A DNA stretch of 64,000 bases, taken from NCBI GenBank assembly GCA_903855985.1, contig CAIOAO010000043.1:8603-72602 (forward strand), written 5' to 3'. Positions 51,781 through 60,217 of this stretch are shown one piece after another. Both the position numbers and the translations under genes were made by a program. The stretch is from an uncultured Opitutia bacterium. GTDB taxonomy: Bacteria > Verrucomicrobiota > Verrucomicrobiia > Opitutales > Opitutaceae. Below the pieces are notes generated by a model, which ran no database searches, was not told the origin of the DNA, and was given only the letters and a program-made list of their open reading frames with translations. The first letter of the stretch is position 1, and each line of letters opens with the position of its first letter.

Positions 51781-52482
51781 TCAGACGGTGAGCGCGTTCG
51801 GGTCCGGGCGGACTGCGGCGAACATGCCAATGCGCAGCCAGTTGCTCAGCGTCCGCAGCAGGAACGGATCACCGGTCACGCGCAGCCGCTCGTCCTTGAT
51901 GGCATCACGGATCCGGGTGTCGCCCGCCCAGATCTCCGTCATCGTGCGCAGGTCCGTGCGCAGCTGGATGTCTACGGGTTTGCCGGGATTCTTGGTGCAC
52001 AGCTCGCTCTCCTCTTCGCGGTCAAAGACGATCCACCAGTGTTCGAACTTCGCGAGGCCGGGAAACACGAACTGGATGACGGCGCGCCCGCCGGGCAGCT
52101 GCGAGCGGTCGATGCGGCGGCGGAAATCATGCATGAGCAGCTCCACATCGAGTTCGTCGTCGCTCATCTGGCCCCGGGCCCACTTCATGCCCCACTGGCC
52201 AAGGTGCATGATGAACGGCTGGAGTTCGCGGCCCGCGGGGGCGAGGAAGTATTCCGTGCGCCGCTGCTCCGGCTGGTGCTTCCGGATGATCAGCCCGCAA
52301 TCCTGCAATTGCTGCAGCCGCTTCGTCAGCAGGGTCGGTGAGATCTGCGACAGCCCGCGCTGGAGGTCGCTGAAGCGCGTGCAGCCGAGCAGGAGTTCAC
52401 GGATGATCAGAATGGTCCAGCGCTCGCCGAGAACCTCGGCCGCCTTGGAGACAGGGCAGAACTGACCATAATGGATGCTCAT
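51781..52482 (-). CDS. HxlR-family transcriptional regulator with C-terminal SCP2-like extension
   Basis: CPVSKAAEVLGERWTILIIRELLLGCTRFSDLQRGLSQISPTLLTKRLQQLQDCGLI. Confidence 0.85.
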   Translation of the reverse strand: MSIHYGQFCPVSKAAEVLGERWTILIIRELLLGCTRFSDLQRGLSQISPTLLTKRLQQLQDCGLIIRKHQPEQRRTEYFLAPAGRELQPFIMHLGQWGMKWARGQMSDDELDVELLMHDFRRRIDRSQLPGGRAVIQFVFPGLAKFEHWWIVFDREEESELCTKNPGKPVDIQLRTDLRTMTEIWAGDTRIRDAIKDERLRVTGDPFLLRTLSNWLRIGMFAAVRPDPNALTV

Positions 52483-52519
52483 TTATGGAACGCTTTGTAC
52501 AATAATTGCGGAGGTCAGG

Positions 52520-52560
52520 CTACTACACAATTAGTAGTGGGTTGCTACACTCTGAGGCGT
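52520..52560 (+). promoter_or_regulatory. operator/promoter block with CTAC-N7-GTAG core, upstream of the DUF4242 gene
   Basis: 29 of 40 positions are identical to 53721-53760 at exactly 1200 bp offset. It lies in the divergent region next to the HxlR gene. Confidence 0.55.
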
Positions 52561-52638
52561 AGCGGGCTGGAAACGAAATCGCTAGGATGGGTGTAGCGAC
52601 GGGAAGTCCTCCCGCCCACAACCTCAACCACCTCAGTT

Positions 52639-52920
52639 ATGCCCAAATACGTGATCGAACGCGATATCCCCGGTGCCGGAAAACTCAGCGCCAGCGAACT
52701 CCAGGCCATCTCCCAAAAATCCTGCGGTGTGCTGCAGAAACTCGGACCCACCATCAACTGGGTCGAAAGCTACGTTACCGGCGACAAGGTCTACTGCATC
52801 TGCATCGCCCCGAATGAGGCGATCGTACGGGAACACGCCAAAATGGGCGGCTTTCCCGCCAACCGCGTGTCCGAGGTGAAGAGCATCATCGACCCGACGA
52901 CTTCCGAGTCCGCCGCCTGA
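52639..52920 (+). CDS. DUF4242 domain protein
   Basis: MPKYVIERDIPGAGKLS...GDKVYCICIAPNEAIVREHAK matches the DUF4242 pattern as I remember it. Confidence 0.75.
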   Translation: MPKYVIERDIPGAGKLSASELQAISQKSCGVLQKLGPTINWVESYVTGDKVYCICIAPNEAIVREHAKMGGFPANRVSEVKSIIDPTTSESAA

Positions 52921-52974
52921 CTCCCGCGCCCGGGTTGCAAGGGCAGCCCGGGCCCGGACCGGTGGACCCCCGGC

Positions 52975-53175
52975 TCACTTCCGCGCAGGGGCGTCAAAGA
53001 TCTGCTCGATGGGCTGCTTGAAGAGCTTCGCGATGGCGAAGGCGAGCGGGAGGCTCGGGTCGTATTTTTCGGTCTCGATGGCGTTGATGGTCTGGCGCGA
53101 GACGCCCAGCGCCTCTGCCAGGTCGTTCTGGGACCACGTCCTCGCCGCCCGGAGTTCGCGCAGGTGGTTTTTCAT
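52975..53175 (-). CDS. XRE-family HTH regulator (YozG-like, 66 aa)
   Basis: LRELRAARTWSQNDLAEALGVSRQTINAIETEKYDPSL. The ATG at 53175 overlaps the upstream stop as ATGA. Confidence 0.85.
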   Translation of the reverse strand: MKNHLRELRAARTWSQNDLAEALGVSRQTINAIETEKYDPSLPLAFAIAKLFKQPIEQIFDAPARK

Positions 53176-53618
53176 TGGTAGCGGCACTGGGCGATCGCCG
53201 TGCCTACGAGCCAGAGCGGAAACATCACGAGAAAGGTGCCGCCAATCCCCAGGCCGGACCGGAGCAGCACGCCGAGGTCGAGGCCCGCGGTGTTCAACGT
53301 GGAGATGATCATGCTGATCACGACCGTCCCCAACGCCGCGAACAGAAAGCCGGCCAGTTGGATTCCGCGCTGCAGTTCATCCATGCCGCGCACCACCCTG
53401 ACCCACGCCCGGATGTACAGCAGGGCCGGCAACACGGGCAGCAGCAGGTAGAACGCCCGCAGCCCCGGGCTCCAGTTCGGGTGGCCCTTGTTCATGAACA
53501 GGACAGCAAGGTAAACGGCGACCGTCACCGCGAGCCAGGCATTCAGCCGCAGGTCTTTTTGGAGCGAGTACTGCCCCGAGTGTGGGATGTAGTTCTCAAT
53601 CAGGTTGGGCTTTTCCAT
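53172..53618 (-). CDS. hypothetical membrane protein co-transcribed with the XRE regulator
   Basis: ATG at 53618 (MEKPNLIENY...), 4 TM segments. Confidence 0.6.
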   Translation of the reverse strand: MEKPNLIENYIPHSGQYSLQKDLRLNAWLAVTVAVYLAVLFMNKGHPNWSPGLRAFYLLLPVLPALLYIRAWVRVVRGMDELQRGIQLAGFLFAALGTVVISMIISTLNTAGLDLGVLLRSGLGIGGTFLVMFPLWLVGTAIAQCRYQ

Positions 53619-53718
53619 GTCGCCACGATGTAAAGGTACCTTTTCACATGTCAAGCATGCTTTACTCGTCTTGACCGCGCACTACGCCGACAGGCGACTG
53701 AATATCCCCCGTCACTGA

Positions 53719-53760
53719 CCTGCTACAAATCAAGTAGTGGCTTGCTTCATTTTACGGCGT
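53719..53760 (+). promoter_or_regulatory. second copy of the CTAC-N7-GTAG operator/promoter block, upstream of the tautomerase gene
   Basis: tgctacaaatcaagtagtggcttgcttcattttacggcgt aligns with 52521-52560. Confidence 0.55.
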
Positions 53761-53842
53761 GGAAGGAAAACCCGGGAACCGATAAAGTGACCGCGAACGG
53801 GGCCTGGCCCCAGCAATCAACCACCAACCAAGAGAAAACAAC

Positions 53843-54061
53843 ATGCCGTTAGTTAACGTTAAGGTCATCGAAAACGTGTTCACCCCGGAACAGAAGAAGC
53901 TGATCATCTCCAAACTGACCGACACCATGGTCGCCATCGAGGGCGAGGCGCTGCGTCAGGTGACGTGGGTCACCATCGAGGAGGTCAAGGAAGGCAACTG
54001 GGGCATCGGCGGGCAGGCGCTCAACGCCAGCATCGTCCGCCAAATGCAACAGCGCGCCTGA
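53843..54061 (+). CDS. 4-oxalocrotonate tautomerase family protein
   Basis: MPLVNVKVIE... has the catalytic Pro1 context; 72 aa. Confidence 0.85.
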   Translation: MPLVNVKVIENVFTPEQKKLIISKLTDTMVAIEGEALRQVTWVTIEEVKEGNWGIGGQALNASIVRQMQQRA

Positions 54062-54077
54062 TCGGCTGACGCAGTTC

Positions 54078-54122
54078 AAAACAACGGCCGGGGTCGCAAG
54101 TCCCCGGCCGGTTGTTTTTGGC
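54078..54122 (+). terminator. rho-independent terminator of the tautomerase gene
   Basis: AACAACGGCCGGGG-tcgcaag-TCCCCGGCCGGTTGTT followed by TTT. Confidence 0.85.
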
Positions 54123-54205
54123 CGACGACAGTTGCCCCTCAGGACGCGAAACGGGGCCAAACTTGGAGGATTGCGCGGCCGGGCCGGGTTTCCAAACTCC
54201 CCGCC

Positions 54206-55852
54206 ATGAAAGTCCCCCTGCCCTGTCTGGCGCTGGCCTTGTTTGTTTCACCGCTGGGTGCCGCGGTCGAACCACCCATGGCCCCGTTGACCGCGACCTT
54301 GCAGAAAGCGGCCGCCGACATGAAGGCCGGCGGGTTTGTCACCGGTGAGTCGGTGGAGGGTAAGGTGCAGTATGCCTTGATCGGCGCGCCGCTGCCGCGT
54401 GAGGGCCTGGCGCCGGAGAAGGTGATTTTTGAAATCGGCTCCATCTCCAAGGTCTTCACCAGCCTGTTGCTGGCCCAGACCGTCCTGGAAGGGAAAGCCG
54501 CGCTGACCGACCCGATTGCCAAATTCCTTCCCCCCGGGTTGAACCTGGATCCCAAGGTCGCGGCCATCACGCTGGAGCAACTTGCCACGCATACCTCGGG
54601 GCTGCCGCGCCTGCCCGACAACCTCGGGCCCACTGACCCGCTGGATCCTTATGCGAATTTCACGACCCAGCGGTTGGAGGATTTTCTCCGTCGTTACCAC
54701 CCGGCCGCATCGCCGCCGCAGCCCATGGCCTATTCGAATCTCGGTGCCGGGCTGCTGGGTCATCTGCTCGAGCGAATCCATGGCCGGCCTTACGCGACGC
54801 TGCTCGCCGAGCGCATCACCGGACCGCTCGGCCTGCCGGACACGGTCATTACCCTCTCGCCGGAGCAGCAAACACGTTTTGCCACGCCGTATTCCGGCAC
54901 CATGCCGGTCAAACCCTGGCAGATGAGTTCACTCCAGGGCGCGGGCGCCATCCGTTCCACCGCCGCCGACCTGATCAAGTTCGGGCAGGCCCTGTTGACT
55001 CCGAACAGCCCGATCTATCCGGCATGGGCCCTAGTCCGCCAAACGCGAGTCACGGTTGTGGGCGAACAGAAAATCGGCCTGGGCATCCTGGCCGAGAACC
55101 GCAACGGCGAGATGGTTTACTTCCACGACGGGGGAACGGGTGGGTTTCGGAGTTATTTCGAACTGGCGCCGGCCACCCGCCGCGTGACCGTCGTGTTGCT
55201 CAATAATGATACGCTGCAGATCGCACCCTATCTCGCCGGCAAGCTCACCCCCAAGCCCGCGGCCGGGGATGCCGTCGAGGAAGTTCCGATCGAAGCGACC
55301 AAGCTCACCGAGTATACCGGGGTCTACGCCATCACGGATGCCCAGCGCTTCACGGTCATCCAGGACGAAACCGGCCTGCTGCGCATCCGCCTCACCGGCC
55401 AGCCTTTCGGGGCCGTGGTTTACCTGGGGTCGGACCGGTTCACGCTCCAAAGGGTGGCGGCGGAGTTTCAATTTTCCCGCAACCCATCCGGTCAGATCGA
55501 CACGCTGACGCTCTCGCAACGGGGCCGCACAGTGCCGGCCCACCGCACGGGGGAGCCTGCGCCCACGGTGATTTTCCCGGAGCCGAAGAAACTGCTGGAG
55601 TACGCCGGCACCTACCAACTGACACCGAACGTGGTCTTCGAAATCGCGCCACGCGGCTACCAGTTGTTTGCCAAGCTCACCGGCCAGGTCGCCGTGCCGG
55701 TTTTTTGCGACCGGCCGGATCATTTCGTGTACGACGTTGTCGCCGCCGCCCTCACCTTCGAGCGCGACGAAACGGGCACGGTCATCGCGGTCGTGCTCGA
55801 CCAGGATGGGATGAGCCCGCGGGCCCCGCGCGTGCCCGACACCCGGAAATAG
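54206..55852 (+). CDS. serine hydrolase, class C beta-lactamase/PBP family, with C-terminal extra domain
   Basis: Signal peptide, SxxK (GSISKVF), and YSN motif (MAYSNLG). Confidence 0.8.
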   Translation: MKVPLPCLALALFVSPLGAAVEPPMAPLTATLQKAAADMKAGGFVTGESVEGKVQYALIGAPLPREGLAPEKVIFEIGSISKVFTSLLLAQTVLEGKAALTDPIAKFLPPGLNLDPKVAAITLEQLATHTSGLPRLPDNLGPTDPLDPYANFTTQRLEDFLRRYHPAASPPQPMAYSNLGAGLLGHLLERIHGRPYATLLAERITGPLGLPDTVITLSPEQQTRFATPYSGTMPVKPWQMSSLQGAGAIRSTAADLIKFGQALLTPNSPIYPAWALVRQTRVTVVGEQKIGLGILAENRNGEMVYFHDGGTGGFRSYFELAPATRRVTVVLLNNDTLQIAPYLAGKLTPKPAAGDAVEEVPIEATKLTEYTGVYAITDAQRFTVIQDETGLLRIRLTGQPFGAVVYLGSDRFTLQRVAAEFQFSRNPSGQIDTLTLSQRGRTVPAHRTGEPAPTVIFPEPKKLLEYAGTYQLTPNVVFEIAPRGYQLFAKLTGQVAVPVFCDRPDHFVYDVVAAALTFERDETGTVIAVVLDQDGMSPRAPRVPDTRK

Positions 55853-55908
55853 CCGCCGGGCGGAATTTTTAGCGGGCGCGCGACGCCAGGCGCTGATATG
55901 CCGATGCC

Positions 55909-56454
55909 ATGCCCCTGCCGACCAAGGACGAAGCCCGCCAACTCCTCGAACAGCACGTCAGCGACGAGTACCAGCGCTATCAAGCGCGGATGGTCGCGAC
56001 CGCCATGGAGGGTTATGCGCCGCTCTTTCAGGGCGACCCGGTGCTCTGGTATCTCACGGGCCTGCTCCATGACATTGATTTCGAGCAATTCCCCGCGACG
56101 CATCCGCGCGAGTCGCTGGGGTGGTTCAAGGCCTGGGACTACCCCGAGGACCTGATCCATGCCGTCGAATCGCACGCCTACGGTTACAACGGTTTCACCA
56201 CCCTGCCCCGCACGAAGCTGGCGGCGGCGCTGCTCGCCACCGATGAGCTCTGCGGAATTTTCTATGCCTACCGGAAGCTGAATCCGGTGCGCTACGGTGA
56301 GATGAAAGCCAGTTCGATCCGGAAGAAGGTGAAGGAGCCCTCGTTCGCCGCGAAGGTGGACCGCACCACGATCTACACGGGCTGCGAGCACTTGGGCGTT
56401 TCAGTGGACGACCACATCGCAAACCTGATCAGGTTTCTCGCCGTGCTCGAGTAA
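55909..56454 (+). CDS. HD-domain phosphohydrolase
   Basis: LTGLLHDIDFEQ (HD motif) and AVESHAYG. Confidence 0.7.
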   Translation: MPLPTKDEARQLLEQHVSDEYQRYQARMVATAMEGYAPLFQGDPVLWYLTGLLHDIDFEQFPATHPRESLGWFKAWDYPEDLIHAVESHAYGYNGFTTLPRTKLAAALLATDELCGIFYAYRKLNPVRYGEMKASSIRKKVKEPSFAAKVDRTTIYTGCEHLGVSVDDHIANLIRFLAVLE

Positions 56455-56468
56455 CGCTGCGCCACCGC

Positions 56469-56615
56469 CTACTTTTTTTTGGCCTTCTTCGCCGCGGCTT
56501 TGTCGTCGGCCAGCTTGTCGGCCGGTTTCTGGAAAAAAGGCAGCGGCCGCTGCTGCGAGAGGAAGCGCTGGCCGTTTTTCCGGTCCTGGTTGGTTGGCAG
56601 ATACTTTGTACCCAT
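56469..56615 (-). CDS. possible small basic protein (48 aa), not in the ORF track
   Basis: My translation is MGTKYLPTNQDRKNGQRFLSQQRPLPFFQKPADKLADDKAAAKKAKKK-stop. Third-position GC looks native. No family recognised. Confidence 0.3.
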   Translation of the reverse strand: MGTKYLPTNQDRKNGQRFLSQQRPLPFFQKPADKLADDKAAAKKAKKK

Positions 56616-56705
56616 GCAGGGAGAATTGCGGGGGAAGTGGCAGGGATAAAGCGCAAAGCAGGCGATTTTGCGGCCCGGGCGGCGGCCGCGAGGGTCCGCT
56701 CAGTC

Positions 56706-57290
56706 TTACCTCCCAGGCGCGACTGCAGGCGCCGGTTGGGAGGGGAAATCCAGCACAAATCGCTTCATGCCTAACTCCCAGCCGGAAAGGCCGTACAACT
56801 TCGCTTCCGCAAGGGCGTGCGCCGGCGTCCATCCGTCATGCCGGATCCGATAGCAGGCCACGATCGTGCCGGTCCGGTCCGCGCCGTACTCGCAGTGGAT
56901 GAAGACGGGCGCAGGGGACGATTCAATCAAGGCCAGTAGTCGATCCACTTCAGCGGGGGTGGGCGCACTGAATCCATGCAACGGCACCTCCTGGTAAACC
57001 ATGCCGTGGTTCCGGACCGACGTGGCTTCATCCGGCCGGACGTCATCGGGCATGCGGAGGTTGATGACGGTCGCCACGGCGAGTCGCTGCAGTTGCGCCA
57101 GACCGGCTGCGTCGGGCTGCGCACCACGGTAGAGTGAGCCATTGACGCGGCCGAAGTTGGCGAGGCTGCCGGTGGCCGGGACACCCCGGTGGGTGCCCAC
57201 GCAGCCCAAGGTCAAGAGGGCCACGGTTGCGATTACTGCCGCCAGCCAAGCGCGATCGCCAAATATCCGGCCGTACAGCTGGGCCTTCAT
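56706..57290 (-). CDS. Cys-based protein tyrosine/dual-specificity phosphatase-like lipoprotein
   Basis: Lipobox LLTLGC and CX5R active site HCEYGADRTG. Confidence 0.75.
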   Translation of the reverse strand: MKAQLYGRIFGDRAWLAAVIATVALLTLGCVGTHRGVPATGSLANFGRVNGSLYRGAQPDAAGLAQLQRLAVATVINLRMPDDVRPDEATSVRNHGMVYQEVPLHGFSAPTPAEVDRLLALIESSPAPVFIHCEYGADRTGTIVACYRIRHDGWTPAHALAEAKLYGLSGWELGMKRFVLDFPSQPAPAVAPGR

Positions 57291-57562
57291 GCCTTCACCT
57301 GGCTTTCCGGCGGAGATGAGTACCGGCGCACGCCAAGCGCGATCGGCAGGCCGATACAGGTGAAATGGACGATCCCATGCGTCACCGATAGGCGGTCCGC
57401 GCCGGGCTTAAAGACAATTGCAGACGAAGGCAGGGTGCCGACATTCGTAAATTCCTTGTGAGGCTGTCCAGGGGGCACGGCGCAGCCCTCGCCATCCTTG
57501 ACGTCCCGGGCCGGTTGCGGGAAACTTCGAGCGTAGTTCGCACCCCTCACCTCGACGCGCAT
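57287..57562 (-). CDS. doubtful hypothetical protein (91 aa)
   Basis: Internal ATG of ORF 57287..57793. It has an ATGA overlap with the phosphatase start, but its ATG overlaps the divergent ATG at 57561 and its third-position GC is lower than neighbours. Confidence 0.25.
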   Translation of the reverse strand: MRVEVRGANYARSFPQPARDVKDGEGCAVPPGQPHKEFTNVGTLPSSAIVFKPGADRLSVTHGIVHFTCIGLPIALGVRRYSSPPESQVKA

Positions 57563-58517
57563 GACGCCCCACTCGCCCGTTTCCGTTTTTCCAGCCGCCG
57601 CTACTGGCAAGAAATGCTGGCGGGCGCTTGCGCTCGGAGTCGCCCTGCTTACGGCCAGCGCGGTGCAGGCCCAGATCGTCGTGCCCAACGCGAGCAGCGG
57701 CAATCTCGGGCTGTATGCGACGGACGGCTCCGCCATCAACGCGTCGCTCTTCTCAGGTTTTTCGACGCCCTTCTTCACCGCCGCAGCGGGCAATGGTGAT
57801 TTTTACCTGGTCGACCAGACCGCCGGTACCGTCGGTCAGTACTCCGCCAACGGCAGCATCGTGAATGCCGCCCTCATCACGGGCATTCCCACGGCCTCCG
57901 CCATCGCGGTGGCCAGCAACGGCAATATCTACATCTCCAACAACTCCGGCGTTGTGGCCGAGTACACTTCGGGCGGCGCCTTGATCAACGCGGCGCTGCT
58001 CACGGCCGGCGCCGGCGGGACGCGCGGCATGGTCTTTGACAGCAGCGGCAACCTTTACGTCACGAGTTATTTCTCCGGCACCGTGGGCAAGTACAACGCC
58101 ACCACCGGTGCGGCGATCAATGCCTCCCTCATCACCATTGCCGGCGGCTGCTATGGACTGGGCATCGATGCCAGCGACAATCTCTACGTGGTCGATCCGA
58201 CGGGCCTGAAGGTGGGCAAATACAATTCCAGCACGGGTGCCGCCATCAACGCCTCGCTCATCAGCTTTGCCTCCGCCCCGTTCTTCACCGCGGTGGATGC
58301 CAGTGAAAACATCTTTGTGAGCATTAATGCCACCAACGTCATCGCCGAATATAATTCAAGCGGTGCCCTGCTGAACGGCTCCTTCATCACGGGCCTGAAC
58401 AACCCCGGCAATTTCACCTTCCTCGTGGTCCCCGAGCCGGCCACCTGGGCCCTGCTCGCAACCGGTGGTGGTCTGCTTGGCTGGGTGGGTGCAGTCCGCC
58501 GTCGTCGGCGGCAGTGA
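57561..58517 (+). CDS. PEP-CTERM sorting-domain protein with six NHL-like ~40-aa repeats
   Basis: Signal peptide. Repeats G.V..Y...G..IN(A/G)(A/S)LI...GN.Y(V/I). The C-terminus VVPEPATWALLATGGGLLGWVGAVRRRRRQ is a PEP-CTERM motif plus TM plus Arg cluster. Confidence 0.8.
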   Translation: MTPHSPVSVFPAAATGKKCWRALALGVALLTASAVQAQIVVPNASSGNLGLYATDGSAINASLFSGFSTPFFTAAAGNGDFYLVDQTAGTVGQYSANGSIVNAALITGIPTASAIAVASNGNIYISNNSGVVAEYTSGGALINAALLTAGAGGTRGMVFDSSGNLYVTSYFSGTVGKYNATTGAAINASLITIAGGCYGLGIDASDNLYVVDPTGLKVGKYNSSTGAAINASLISFASAPFFTAVDASENIFVSINATNVIAEYNSSGALLNGSFITGLNNPGNFTFLVVPEPATWALLATGGGLLGWVGAVRRRRRQ

Positions 58518-58578
58518 CCCCGTCAGGCCGGCGAGTGTGAACTTGCCAGCCGGGGGGCTTTGGCCAGTCTCGCGCCCC

Positions 58579-59232
58579 ATGAGTAATCCCGTGCCCGCCT
58601 ACCCCGCGGATGTGGCCAGGAAGCCCAACCTGGTACTCCTGCTCGCCTGGACCGCCGTGCTCACCCTGATTGCGTATTTTGTCTGGAAATATGCGCTGCA
58701 CTATTTCGTTTTCACTCCCCAGTCCTACGGCACTTATTTCTGGCCCCGCATCTCGTGGGTGGTCCCGCATGTGGCGGCGGGACTGGTGGCGATCTTGATC
58801 GGACCGCTGCAATTCTGGCCGCGCGTGCGCCGCGACCACCTGGCGTTCCACCGGATCGCCGGGCGGGTCTATGTGACCGTCGTACTGGTCGGCGCCATCG
58901 CCGCCCTCGGGCTGGCCGCGAAGATTGACAGCGGACCGGCCTATGCCCTTGGACTGGCCGGGCTGGCGGTGGCGTGGCTGACGACGACCGGGATGGCCTT
59001 CGTTGCGATCCGCCGGAAGAACGTGGAGCAGCACCGGCAATGGATGATCCGCAGCTATGTCGTCACGTTTGCCTTTGTCACTTTCAGGCTGTGCGACGAC
59101 GCGATGCACCGGCTGCAGATCCTGTCCGATGATGAGCGGTCAAAAGTCCTGGCCTGGGCCTGTTGGGCCATTCCTCTGCTGGTGACTGAGCTCATCCTCC
59201 AGAGCCGGGCGGTCCTCAAAACCCGCGGCTGA
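58579..59232 (+). CDS. DUF2306 membrane protein
   Basis: ATG at 58579. HVAAGLVAILIGPLQFWPRVRRDHLAFHRIAGRVY. Confidence 0.65.
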   Translation: MSNPVPAYPADVARKPNLVLLLAWTAVLTLIAYFVWKYALHYFVFTPQSYGTYFWPRISWVVPHVAAGLVAILIGPLQFWPRVRRDHLAFHRIAGRVYVTVVLVGAIAALGLAAKIDSGPAYALGLAGLAVAWLTTTGMAFVAIRRKNVEQHRQWMIRSYVVTFAFVTFRLCDDAMHRLQILSDDERSKVLAWACWAIPLLVTELILQSRAVLKTRG

Positions 59233-59263
59233 GGCGCGGCGGCGGATCGCGGCGTGATTTCCG

Positions 59264-60043
59264 CTAGGGCTGCGGGTGTGACTGGAAGAAACCGGCCACG
59301 AGTTGCGGGCCCTCCGGGGCATAGCGATGTCCGCCCGCGTGAAGGAAAGTGGCCACCTCGGTGCCCTGGGTGGAGACGTACGAACGGTAACCCAAGGTGT
59401 CGGGCTGGCGCGGGCCGCAGCCGTTGAGCTTGAGCACGAAATCGATCATCTTCGCCTGCCAGGCAAATTTCACCAGCGGGTCATCCGGACTGGCGAGGTG
59501 CAGCACGGGCTTCGGGTGGAATTTATCGAAACCCCGGGTCAGCAACGCAGCCGAGGGGGCAAAGGCGGCAAAGGTGTCGCCGCGCTCCGCCCACAAAAGG
59601 TAAGTGAATAGTCCGCCGTTCGAGTGGCCGGTCGCGTAGATGCGCTTGTTGTCGACGTGATAGTCCGCGCGGAGGCTCGCCAGCATGACATCAAAAAATC
59701 GGAGGTCCCGGTCGCCCTGGATCCCTGCAGCCCCTTGCCAGCCGGCGCGGGATCCGGCGTGGTCCGACAGCTGGCCCGGTGTGGGCAGACCCTGGGGATA
59801 GACCACGATGGCGCCGGGCCAGGCTTCATGCAGCGGAAAGCTGCGTGAAGCCTGCCGCATGGATCCGCCATGGCCGTGGAAGGCAAATACCACCGGCAGT
59901 GGAGCGCCGGCCGCGGCTCCGGCCGGGATGCTTAGCAGCGCTTCGCGCCTGACTCCATCCACGACCCAGGCCCGCGACACGAGTGCGGCGGAGGCGGAAA
60001 GCGTCAAACCGAGCAGGCCGAGGAGTAAAAGCAGGCGTTTCAC
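59264..60043 (-). CDS. secreted esterase (PHB depolymerase/feruloyl esterase-like alpha/beta hydrolase)
   Basis: The GTG at 60043 gives signal peptide (M)KRLLLLLGLLGLTLSASAA. Nucleophile elbow GHSNGG. The track ORF starts with TTG at 60073. Confidence 0.7.
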   Translation of the reverse strand: MKRLLLLLGLLGLTLSASAALVSRAWVVDGVRREALLSIPAGAAAGAPLPVVFAFHGHGGSMRQASRSFPLHEAWPGAIVVYPQGLPTPGQLSDHAGSRAGWQGAAGIQGDRDLRFFDVMLASLRADYHVDNKRIYATGHSNGGLFTYLLWAERGDTFAAFAPSAALLTRGFDKFHPKPVLHLASPDDPLVKFAWQAKMIDFVLKLNGCGPRQPDTLGYRSYVSTQGTEVATFLHAGGHRYAPEGPQLVAGFFQSHPQP

Positions 60044-60217
60044 ACCGACCTGAGACGCCCCGGCCGCGGGCAAGTTTCATGACTGGGAACTTCCGCGAAC
60101 GGCGAACCGAGAGATCCGCCCGCTATCTGCGACGGAGCCAGACACCAAGATCACACTACGATCACTTCGCCGTTCCCAGCGGGTAAGACCCCATATCACC
60201 CGTGGGCGGCCCAATGT

